64,000 nucleotides of DNA from assembly GCA_964057225.1 (NCBI GenBank), contig OZ059896.1, positions 3,286,001-3,350,000 on the forward strand, given 5' to 3'. This document shows, in pieces, positions 27,001 to 39,765 of this stretch. The notes beneath the pieces were generated by a model. That model saw only the letters and a program-made list of their open reading frames with translations, was not told the DNA's origin and did not search any database. This stretch comes from Auanema rhodensis. Lineage: Eukaryota > Animalia > Nematoda. Every line of letters starts with the position of its first letter. Positions within the stretch are counted from its first letter, which is position 1. The position numbers and the translations under genes are program-made.

Positions 27001-29533
27001 CATTTTTAGGCTAGCGCAAATCTGATAACACAGATCGACGCAGCTTAAAAATCCGCATCGAATGCACTATATCACGTTGAGGAAAGCTTAATACAAAAAT
27101 TAGTTATGATCGTTTGAAAAATGATGCATTAGTGTATGTTGAGTTTCCATGTACACTCAAAATTGCTTCCAAAAACATTTTGACAAAAATTTTTTCGAAA
27201 AATTTCAAAATAATTTAGCAAAAAGTAGATGTTTTTAGATTCCTTCTTTCAAGGCAAAAACGATGGACAATGTTATTCAACGAAAAAATTAATTCTTCAG
27301 GGTGAAAATCGAGGATATAAGTGTGAACTTATATCAGTTGATATCTCGGTGCATTTTTAAGCTAGCGCAAATCTGATAACACAGATCGACGCAGCTTAAA
27401 AATCCGCATCGAATGCATTATACTACATGGAGAAACGCTCATCACAAAAATTAGTTATGATCGTTTGAAAAATGATGCATTAGTGTATGTTGAGTTTCCA
27501 TGTACACTCAACATTGCTTCCAAAAACATTTTGACAAAATTTTTTCGAAAAATTTCAAAATAATTTCGCAAAAAGTAGATGTTTTTAGATTCCTTTTTTT
27601 GAGGCAAAAACGATGGACAATGTTATTCAACGAAAAAATTAATTCTTCAGGGTGAAAATCGAGGATATAAGTGTGAACTTATATCAGTTAATATCTCGGT
27701 GCATTTTTAAGCTAGCGCAAATCTGATAACACAGATCGACGCAGCTTAAAAGTCCGCATCGAATGCACTATACTACATTAAGAAAAGCTTAATACAAAAA
27801 TTAGTTATGATCGTTTGAAAAATGATGCATTAGTGTATGTTGAGTTTCCATGTACACTCAAAATTGCTTCCAAAAACATTTTGACAAAAATTTTTTCGAA
27901 AAATTTCAAAATAATTTAGCAAAAAGTAGATGTTTTTAGATTCCTTCTTTCAAGGCAAAAACGATGGACAATGTTATTCAACGAAAAAATTAATTCTTCA
28001 GGGTGAAAATCGAGGATATAAGTGTGAACTTATATCAGTTGATATCTCGGTGCATTTTTAAGCTAGCGCAAATCTGATAACACAGATCGACGCAGCTTAA
28101 AAATCCGCATCGAATGCATTATACTACATGGAGAAACGCTCATCACAAAAATTAGTTATGATCGTTTGAAAAATGATGCATTAGTGTATGTTGAGTTTCC
28201 ATGTACACTCAACATTGCTTCCAAAAACATTTTGACAAAATTTTTTCGAAAAATTTCAAAATAATTTCGCAAAAAGTAGATGTTTTTAGATTCCTTTTTT
28301 TGAGGCAAAAACGATGGACAATGTTATTCAACGAAAAAATTAATTCTTCAGGGTGAAAATCGAGGATATAAGTGTGAACTTATATCAGTTAATATCTCGG
28401 TGCATTTTTAAGCTAGCGCAAATCTGATAACACAGATCGACGCAGCTTAAAAGTCCGCATCCAATGCACTATACTACATTAAGAAAAGCTTAATACAAAA
28501 ATTAGTTATGATCGTTTGAAAAATGATGCATTAGTGTATGTTGAGTTTCCATGTACACTCAAAATTGCTTCCAAAAACATTTTGACAAAAATTTTTTCGA
28601 AAAATTTCAAAATAATTTAGCAAAAAGTAGATGTTTTTAGATTCCTTCTTTCAAGGCAAAAACGATGGACAATGTTATTCAACGAAAAAATTAATTCTTC
28701 AGGGTGAAAATCGAGGATATAAGTGTGAACTTATATCAGTTGATATCTCGGTGCATTTTTAAGCTAGCGCAAATCTGATAACACAGATCGACGCAGCTTA
28801 AAAATCCGCATCGAATGCATTATACTACATGGAGAAACGCTCATCACAAAAATTAGTTATGATCGTTTGAAAAATGATGCATTAGTGTATGTTGAGTTTC
28901 CATGTACACTCAACATTGCTTCCAAAAACATTTTGACAAAATTTTTTCGAAAAATTTCAAAATAATTTCGCAAAAAGTAGATGTTTTTAGATTCCTTTTT
29001 TTGAGGCAAAAACGATGGACAATGTTATTCAACGAAAAAATTAATTCTTCAGGGTGAAAATCGAGGATATAAGTGTGAACTTATATCAGTTAATATCTCG
29101 GTGCATTTTTAAGCTAGCGCAAATCTGATAACACAGATCGACGCAGCTTAAAAGTCCGCATCCAATGCACTATACTACATTAAGAAAAGCTTAATACAAA
29201 AATTAGTTATGATCGTTTGAAAAATGATGCATTAGTGTATGTTGAGTTTCCATGTACACTCAAAATTGCTTCCAAAAACATTTTGACAAAAATTTTTTCG
29301 AAAAATTTCAAAATAATTTAGCAAAAAGTAGATGTTTTTAGATTCCTTCTTTCAAGGCAAAAACGATGGACAATGTTATTCAACGAAAAAATTAATTCTT
29401 CAGGGTGAAAATCGAGGATATAAGTGTGAACTTATATCAGTTGATATCTCGGTGCATTTTTAAGCTAGCGCAAATCTGATAACACAGATCGACGCAGCTT
29501 AAAAATCCGCATCGAATGCATTATACTACATGA
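24075..29533 (+). repeat. Tandem 8-mer higher-order repeat (period 2805 bp, two copies) with a nested 701-bp dimer x3
   Basis: Rare markers recur exactly 2805 apart: agatatt 24075/26880, atcacgtt 24271/27076, catgaag 26728/29533, and paired catccaat. Coordinates are the outermost markers. Confidence 0.92.
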
Positions 29534-32500
29534 AGAAACGCTCATCACAAAAATTAGTTATGATCGTTTGAAAAATGATGCATTAGTGTATGTTGAGTTT
29601 CCATGTACACTCAAAATTGCTTCCAAAAACATTTTGACAAAAATTTTTTCGAAAAATTTCAAAATAATTTAGCAAAAAGTAGATGTTTTTAGATTCCTTT
29701 TTTCAAGGCAAAAACGATGGACAATGTTATTCAACGAAAAAATTAATTCTTCAGGGTGAAAATCGAGGATATAAGTGTGAACTTATATCAGTTGATATCT
29801 CGGTGCATTTTTAAGCTAGCGCAAATCTGATAACACAGATCGACGCAGCTTAAAAATCCGCATCGAATGCACTATATTACATTGAGGAAAGCTTAATACA
29901 AAAATTAGTTATGATCGTTTGAAAAATGATGCATTAGTGTATGTTGAGTTTCCATGTACACTCAAAATTGCTTCCAAAAACATTTTGACAAAAATTTTTT
30001 CGAAAAATTTCAAAATAATTTAGCAAAAAGTAGATGTTTTTAGATTCCTTCTTTCAAGGCAAAAACGATGGACAATGTTATTCAACGAAAAAATTAATTC
30101 TTCAGGGTGAAAATCGAGGATATAAGAGTGAACTTATATCAGTTGATATCTCGGTGCATTTTTAAGCTAGCGCAAATCTGATAACACAGATCGACGCAGC
30201 TTAAAAATCCGCATCGAATGCACTATATTACATTGAGGAAAGCTTAATACAAAAATTAGTTATGATTGTTTGAAAAATGATGCATTAGTGTATGTTGAGT
30301 TTCCATGTACACTCAAAATTGCTTCCAAAAACATTTTGACAAAAATTTTTTCGAAAAATTTCAAAATAATTTAGCAAAAAGTAGATGTTTTTAGATTCCT
30401 TCTTTCAAGGCAAAAACGATGGACAATGTTATTCAACGAAAAAATTAATTCTTCAGGGTGAAAATCGAGGATATAAGAGTGAACTTATATCAGTTGATAT
30501 CTCGGTGCATTTTTAAGCTAGCGCAAATCTGATAACACAGATCGACGCAGCTTAAAAATCCGCATCGAATGCATTATACTACATGGAGAAACGCTCATCA
30601 CAAAAATTAGTTATGATCGTTTGAAAAATGATGCATTAGTGTATGTTGAGTTTCCATGTACACTCAAAATTGCTTCCAAAAACATTTTGACAAAAATTTT
30701 TTCGAAAAATTTCAAAATAATTTAGCAAAAAGTAGATGTTTTTAGATTCCTTCTTTCAAGGCAAAAACGATGGACAATGTTATTCAACGAAAAAATTAAT
30801 TCTTCAGGGTGAAAATCGAGGATATAAGTGTGAACTTATATCAGTTGATATCTCGGTGCATTTTTAAGCTAGCGCAAATCTGATAACACAGATCGACGCA
30901 GCTTAAAAATCCGCATCGAATGCATTATACTACATGAAGAAACGCTCATCACAAAAATTAGTTATGATCGTTTGAAAAATGATGCATTAGTGTATGTTGA
31001 GTTTCCATGTACACTCAAAATTGCTTCCAAAAACATTTTGACAAAAATTTTTTCGAAAAATTTCAAAATAATTTAGCAAAAAGTAGATGTTTTTAGATTC
31101 CTTTTTTCAAGGCAAAAACGATGGACAATGTTATTCAACGAAAAAATTAATTCTTCAGGGTGAAAATCGAGGATATAAGTGTGAACTTATATCAGTTGAT
31201 ATCTCGGTGCATTTTTAAGCTAGCGCAAATCTGATAACACAGATCGACGCAGCTTAAAAATCCGCATCGAATGCACTATATTACATTGAGGAAAGCTTAA
31301 TACAAAAATTAGTTATGATCGTTTGAAAAATGATGCATTAGTGTATGTTGAGTTTCCATGTACACTCAAAATTGCTTCCAAAAACATTTTGACAAAAATT
31401 TTTTCGAAAAATTTCAAAATAATTTAGCAAAAAGTAGATGTTTTTAGATTCCTTCTTTCAAGGCAAAAACGATGGACAATGTTATTCAACGAAAAAATTA
31501 ATTCTTCAGGGTGAAAATCGTGGATATAAGAGTGAACTTATATCAGTTGATATCTCGGTGCATTTTTAAGCTAGCGCAAATCTGATAACACAGATCGACG
31601 CAGCTTAAAAATCCGCATCGAATGCATTATACTACATGGAGAAACGCTCATCACAAAAATTAGTTATGATCGTTTGAAAAATGATGCATTAGTGTATGTT
31701 GAGTTTCCATGTACACTCAACATTGCTTCCAAAAACATTTTGACAAAATTTTTTCGAAAAATTTCAGAATAATTTCGCAAAAAGTAGATGTTTTTAGATT
31801 CCTTTTTTTGAGGCAAAAACGATGGACAATGTTATTCAACGAAAAAATTAATTCTTCAGGGTGAAAATCGAGGATATAAGTGTGAACTTATATCAGTTAA
31901 TATCTCGGTGCATTTTTAAGCTAGCGCAAATCTGATAACATAGATCGACGCAGCTTAAAAATCCGCATCGAATGCATTATACTACATGGAGAAACGCTCA
32001 TCACAAAAATTAGTTATGATCGTTTGAAAAATGATGCATTAGTGTATGTTGAGTTTCCATGTACACTCAATATTGCTTCCAAAAACATTTTGACAAAAAT
32101 TTTTTCGAAAAATTTCAAAATAATTTAGCAAAAAGTAGATGTTTTTAGATTCCTTTTTTCAAGGCAAAAACGATGGACAATGTTATTCAACGAAAAAATT
32201 AATTCTTCAGGGTGAAAATCGAGGATATAAGTGTGAACTTATATCAGTTGATATCTCGGTGCATTTTTAAGCTAGCGCAAATCTGATAACACAGATCGAC
32301 GCAGCTTAAAAATCCGCATCGAATGCACTATATTACATTGAGGAAAGCTTAATACAAAAATTAGTTATGATTGTTTGAAAAATGATGCATTAGTGTATGT
32401 TGAGTTTCCATGTACACTCAAAATTGCTTCCAAAAACATTTTGACAAAAATTTTTTCGAAAAATTTCAAAATAATTTAGCAAAAAGTAGATGTTTTTAGA

Positions 32501-34606
32501 TTCCTTCTTTCAAGGCAAAAACGATGGACAATGTTATTCAACGAAAAAATTAATTCTTCAGGGTGAAAATCGAGGATATAAGTGTGAACTTATATCAGTT
32601 GATATCTCGGTGCATTTTTAAGCTAGCGCAAATCTGATAACACAGATCGACGCAGCTTAAAAGTCCGCATCGAATGCACTATACTACATTAAGAAAAGCT
32701 TAATACAAAAATTAGTTATGATCGTTTGAAAAATGATGCATTAGTGTATGTTGAGTTTCCATGTACACTCAAAATTGCTTCCAAAAACATTTTGACAAAA
32801 ATTTTTTCGAAAAATTTCAGAATAATTTAGCAAAAAGTAGATGTTTTTAGATTCCTTCTTTCAAGGCAAGAACGATGGACAATGTTATTCAACGAAAAAA
32901 TTAATTCTTCAGGGTGAAAATCGAGGATATAAGAGTGAACTTATATCAGTTGATATCTCGGTGCATTTTTAAGCTAGCGCAAATCTGATAACACAGATCG
33001 ACGCAGCTTAAAAATCCGCATCGAATGCATTATACTACATGGAGAAACGCTCATCACAAAAATTAGTTATGATCGTTTGAAAAATGATGCATTAGTGTAT
33101 GTTGAGTTTCCATGTACACTCAACATTGCTTCCAAAAACATTTTGACAAAATTTTTTCGAAAAATTTCAGAATAATTTCGCAAAAAGTAGATGTTTTTAG
33201 ATTCCTTTTTTTGAGGCAAAAACGATGGACAATGTTATTCAACGAAAAAATTAATTCTTCAGGGTGAAAATCGAGGATATAAGTGTGAACTTATATCAGT
33301 TAATATCTCGGTGCATTTTTAAGCTAGCGCAAATCTGATAACATAGATCGACGCAGCTTAAAAATCCGCATCGAATGCATTATACTACATGGAGAAACGC
33401 TCATCACAAAAATTAGTTATGATCGTTTGAAAAATGATGCATTAGTGTATGTTGAGTTTCCATGTACACTCAACATTGCTTCCAAAAACATTTTGACAAA
33501 ATTTTTTCGAAAAATTTCAGAATAATTTCGCAAAAAGTAGATGTTTTTAGATTCCTTTTTTTGAGGCAAAAACGATGGACAATGTTATTCAACGAAAAAA
33601 TTAATTCTTCAGGGTGAAAATCGAGGATATAAGTGTGAACTTATATCAGTTAATATCTCGGTGCATTTTTAAGCTAGCGCAAATCTGATAACATAGATCG
33701 ACGCAGCTTAAAAATCCGCATCGAATGCATTATACTACATGGAGAAACGCTCATCACAAAAATTAGTTATGATCGTTTGAAAAATGATGCATTAGTGTAT
33801 GTTGAGTTTCCATGTACACTCAATATTGCTTCCAAAAACATTTTGACAAAAATTTTTTCGAAAAATTTCAAAATAATTTAGCAAAAAGTAGATGTTTTTA
33901 GATTCCTTTTTTCAAGGCAAAAACGATGGACAATGTTATTCAACGAAAAAATTAATTCTTCAGGGTGAAAATCGAGGATATAAGTGTGAACTTATATCAG
34001 TTGATATCTCGGTGCATTTTTAAGCTAGCGCAAATCTGATAACACAGATCGACGCAGCTTAAAAATCCGCATCGAATGCACTATATTACATTGAGGAAAG
34101 CTTAATACAAAAATTAGTTATGATTGTTTGAAAAATGATGCATTAGTGTATGTTGAGTTTCCATGTACACTCAAAATTGCTTCCAAAAACATTTTGACAA
34201 AAATTTTTTCGAAAAATTTCAAAATAATTTAGCAAAAAGTAGATGTTTTTAGATTCCTTCTTTCAAGGCAAAAACGATGGGCAATGTTATTCAACGAAAA
34301 AATTAATTCTTCAGGGTGAAAATCGAGGATATAAGTGTGAACTTATATCAGTTGATATCTCGGTGCATTTTTAAGCTAGCGCAAATCTGATAACACAGAT
34401 CGACGCAGCTTAAAAGTCCGCATCGAATGCACTATACTACATTAAGAAAAGCTTAATACAAAAATTAGTTATGATCGTTTGAAAAATGATGCATTAGTGT
34501 ATGTTGAGTTTCCATGTACACTCAAAATTGCTTCCAAAAACATTTTGACAAAAATTTTTTCGAAAAATTTCAAAATAATTTAGCAAAAAGTAGATGTTTT
34601 TAGATT

Positions 34607-34624
34607 TATATATTATTGATATTA
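34607..34624. other. 18-bp filler (tatatattattgatatta) at a 178-bp deletion junction
   Basis: The monomer stops at position 283 (tagatt, 34606) and resumes at position 111 (atattacattgagg, 34625). Adjacent monomer starts 34324 and 34866 are 542 apart, which equals 702-160. Confidence 0.92.
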
Positions 34625-37600
34625 ATATTACATTGAGGAAAGCTTAATACAAAAATTAGTTATGATTGTTTGAAAAATGATGCATTAGTGTATGTTGAGT
34701 TTCCATGTACACTCAAAATTGCTTCCAAAAACATTTTGACAAAAATTTTTTCGAAAAATTTCAAAATAATTTAGCAAAAAGTAGATGTTTTTAGATTCCT
34801 TCTTTCAAGGCAAAAACGATGAGCAATGTTATTCAACGAAAAAATTAATTCTTCAGGGTGAAAATCGAGGATATAAGTGTGAACTTATATCAGTTGATAT
34901 CTCGGTGCATTTTTAAGCTAGCGCAAATCTGATAACACAGATCGACGCAGCTTAAAAATCCGCATCGAATGCACTATATTACATTGAGGAAAGCTTAATA
35001 CAAAAATTAGTTATGATTGTTTGAAAAATGATGCATTAGTGTATGTTGAGTTTCCATGTACACTCAAAATTGCTTCCAAAAACATTTTGACAAAAATTTT
35101 TTCGAAAAATTTCAAAATAATTTAGCAAAAAGTAGATGTTTTTAGATTCCTTCTTTCAAGGCAAAAACGATGGACAATGTTATTCAACGAAAAAATTAAT
35201 TCTTCAGGGTGAAAATCGAGGATATAAGTGTGAACTTATATCAGTTGATATCTCGGTGCATTTTTAAGCTAGCGCAAATCTGATAACACAGATCGACGCA
35301 GCTTAAAAGTCCGCATCGAATGCACTATACTACATTAAGAAAAGCTTAATACAAAAATTAGTTATGATCGTTTGAAAAATGATGCATTAGTGTATGTTGA
35401 GTTTCCATGTACACTCAAAATTGCTTCCAAAAACATTTTGACAAAAATTTTTTCGAAAAATTTCAAAATAATTTAGCAAAAAGTAGATGTTTTTAGATTC
35501 CTTCTTTCAAGGCAAAAACGATGAGCAATGTTATTCAACGAAAAAATTAATTCTTCAGGGTGAAAATCGAGGATATAAGTGTGAACTTATATCAGTTGAT
35601 ATCTCGGTGCATTTTTAAGCTAGCGCAAATCTGATAACACAGATCGACGCAGCTTAAAAATCCGCATCGAATGCATTATACTACATGGAGAAACGCTCAT
35701 CACAAAAATTAGTTATGATCGTTTGAAAAATGATGCATTAGTGTATGTTGAGTTTCCATGTACACTCAACATTGCTTCCAAAAACATTTTGACAAAATTT
35801 TTTCGAAAAATTTCAGAATAATTTCGCAAAAAGTAGATGTTTTTAGATTCCTTTTTTTGAGGCAAAAACGATGGACAATGTTATTCAACGAAAAAATTAA
35901 TTCTTCAGGGTGAAAATCGAGGATATAAGTGTGAACTTATATCAGTTAATATCTCGGTGCATTTTTAAGCTAGCGCAAATCTGATAACATAGATCGACGC
36001 AGCTTAAAAGTCCGCATCGAATGCACTATACTACATTAAGAAAAGCTTAATACAAAAATTAGTTATGATCGTTTGAAAAATGATGCATTAGTGTATGTTG
36101 AGTTTCCATGTACACTCAACATTGCTTCCAAAAACATTTTGACAAAATTTTTTCGAAAAATTTCAGAAAAATTTCGCAAAAAGTAGATGTTTTTAGATTC
36201 CTTTTTTTGAGGCAAAAACGATGGACAATGTTATTCAACGAAAAAATTAATTCTTCAGGGTGAAAATCGAGGATATAAGTGTGAACTTATATCAGTTAAT
36301 ATCTCGGTGCATTTTTAAGCTAGCGCAAATCTGATAACATAGATCGACGCAGCTTAAAAGTCCGCATCGAATGCACTATACTACATTAAGAAAAGCTTAA
36401 TACAAAAATTAGTTATGATCGTTTGAAAAATGATGCATTAGTGTATGTTGAGTTTCCATGTACACTCAAAATTGCTTCCAAAAACATTTTGACAAAAATT
36501 TTTTCGAAAAATTTCAAAATAATTTAGCAAAAAGTAGATGTTTTTAGATTCCTTCTTTCAAGGCAAAAACGATGGACAATGTTATTCAACGAAAAAATTA
36601 ATTCTTCAGGGTGAAAATCGAGGATATAAGTGTGAACTTATATCAGTTAATATCTCGGTGCATTTTTAAGCTAGCGCAAATCTGATAACACAGATCGACG
36701 CAGCTTAAAAATCCGCATCGAATGCACTATATTACATTGAGGAAAGCTTAATACAAAAATTAGTTATGATTGTTTGAAAAATGATGCATTAGTGTATGTT
36801 GAGTTTCCATGTACACTCAAAATTGCTTCCAAAAACATTTTGACAAAAATTTTTTCGAAAAATTTCAAAATAATTTAGCAAAAAGTAGATGTTTTTAGAT
36901 TCCTTCTTTCAAGGCAAAAACGATGGACAATGTTATTCAACGAAAAAATTAATTCTTCAGGGTGAAAATCGAGGATATAAGTGTGAACTTATATCAGTTG
37001 ATATCTCGGTGCATTTTTAAGCTAGCGCAAATCTGATAACACAGATCGACGCAGCTTAAAAGTCCGCATCGAATGCACTATACTACATTAAGAAAAGCTT
37101 AATACAAAAATTAGTTATGATCGTTTGAAAAATGATGCATTAGTGTATGTTGAGTTTCCATGTACACTCAAAATTGCTTCCAAAAACATTTTGACAAAAA
37201 TTTTTTCGAAAAATTTCAAAATAATTTAGCAAAAAGTAGATGTTTTTAGATTCCTTCTTTCAAGGCAAAAACGATGAGCAATGTTATTCAACGAAAAAAT
37301 TAATTCTTCAGGGTGAAAATCGAGGATATAAGTGTGAACTTATATCAGTTGATATCTCGGTGCATTTTTAAGCTAGCGCAAATCTGATAACACAGATCGA
37401 CGCAGCTTAAAAAACCGCATCGAATGCACTATATTACATTAAGAAAAGCTTAATACAAAAATTAGTTATGATTGTTTGAAAAATGATGCATTAGTGTATG
37501 TTGAGTTTCCATGTACACTCAAAATTGCTTCCAAAAACATTTTGACAAAAATTTTTCGAAAAATTTCAAAATAATTTCGCAAAAAGTAGATGTTTTTAGA

Positions 37601-39423
37601 TTCCTTTTTTTGAGGCAAAAACGATGGACAATGTTATTCAACGAAAAAATTAATTCTTCAGGGTGAAAATCGAGGATATAAGTGTGAACTTATATCAGTT
37701 AATATCTCGGTGCATTTTTAAGCTAGCGCAAATCTGATAACACAGATCGACGCAGCTTAAAAAACCGCATCGAATGCACTAAATTACATTGAGAAAAGCT
37801 TAATACAAAAATTAGTTATGATCGTTTGAAAAATGATGCATTAGTGTATGTTGAGTTTCCATGTACACTCAACGTTGCTTCCAAAAACATTTTGACAAAA
37901 ATTTTTTCGAAAAATTTCAAAATAATTTAGCAAAAAGTAGATGTTTTTAGATTCCTTCTTTCAAGGCAAAAACGATGGGCAATGTTATTCAACGAAAAAA
38001 TTAATTCTTCAGGGTGAAAATCGAGGATATAAGTGTGAACTTATATCAGTTGATATCTCGGTGCATTTTTAAGCTAGCGCAAATCTGATAACACAGATCG
38101 ACGCAGCTTAAAAATCCGCATCGAATGCATTATACTACATGGAGAAACGCTCATCACAAAAATTAGTTATGATCGTTTGCAAAATGATGCATTAGTGTAT
38201 GTTGAGTTTCCATGTACACTCAACATTGCTTCCAAAAACATTTTGACAAAATTTTTTCGAAAAATTTCAAAATAATTTCGCAAAAAGTAGATGTTTTTAG
38301 ATTCCTTTTTTTGAGGCAAAAACGATGGACAATGTTATTCAACGAAAAAATTAATTCTTCAGGGAGAAAATCGAGGATATAAGTGTGAACTTATATCAGT
38401 TGATATCTCGGTGCATTTTTAAGCTAGCGCAAATCTGATAACACAGATCGACGCAGCTTAAAAATCCGCATCGAATGCACTATATTACATTAAGAAAAGC
38501 TTAATACAAAAATTAGTTATGATTGTTTGAAAAATGATGCATTAGTGTATGTTGAGTTTCCATGTACACTCAAAATTGCTTCCAAAAACATTTTGACAAA
38601 AATTTTTTCGAAAAATTTCAAAATAATTTAGCAAAAAGTAGATGTTTTTAGATTCCTTCTTTCAAGGCAAAAACGATGGACAATGTTATTCAACGAAAAA
38701 ATTAATTCTTCAGGGTGAAAATCGAGGATATAAGTGTGAACTTATATCAGTTGATATCTCGGTGCATTTTTAAGCTAGCGCAAATCTGATAACACAGATC
38801 GACGCAGCTTAAAAATCCGCATCGAATGCATTATACTACATGGAGAAACGCTCATCACAAAAATTAGTTATGATCGTTTGAAAAATGATGCATTAGTGTA
38901 TGTTGAGTTTCCATGTACACTCAACATTGCTTCCAAAAACATTTTGACAAAATTTTTTCGAAAAATTTCAGAATAATTTCGCAAAAAGTAGATGTTTTTA
39001 GATTCCTTTTTTTGAGGCAAAAACGATGGACAATGTTATTCAACGAAAAAATTAATTCTTCAGGGTGAAAATCGAGGATATAAGTGTGAACTTATATCAG
39101 TTAATATCTCGGTGCATTTTTAAGCTAGCGCAAATCTGATAACATAGATCGACGCAGCTTAAAAGTCCGCATCGAATGCACTATACTACATTAAGAAAAG
39201 CTTAATACAAAAATTAGTTATGATCGTTTGAAAAATGATGCATTAGTGTATGTTGAGTTTCCATGTACACTCAAAATTGCTTCCAAAAACATTTTGACAA
39301 AAATTTTTTCAAAAAATTTCAAAATAATTTAGCAAAAAGTAGATGTTTTTAGATTCCTTCTTTCAAGGCAAAAACGATGGACAATGTTATTCAACGAAAA
39401 ATATAATTCTTCAGGGTGAAAAT

Positions 39424-39765
39424 CGAGGATATAAGTGTGAACTTATATCAGTTGATATCTCGGTGCATTTTTAAGCTAGCGCAAATCTGATAACACAGAT
39501 CGACGCAGCTTAAAAATCCGCATTATACTACATGGAGAAACGCTCATCACAAAAATTAGTTATGATCGTTTGAAAAATGATGCATTAGTGTATGTTGAGT
39601 TTCCATGTACACTCAAAATTGCTTCCAAAAACATTTTGACAAAAATTTTTTCAAAAAATTTCGAAATAATTTAGCAAAAAGTAGATGTTTTTAGATTCCT
39701 TTTTTCAAGGCAAAAACGATGGACAATGTTATTCAACGAAAAAATTAATTCTTCAGGGTGAAAAT
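39424..39765 (+). repeat. 342-bp monomer with a 9-bp deletion between gcat direct repeats
   Basis: ccgcattatac at ~39518 versus the normal ccgcatcgaatgcattatac. Confidence 0.92.
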
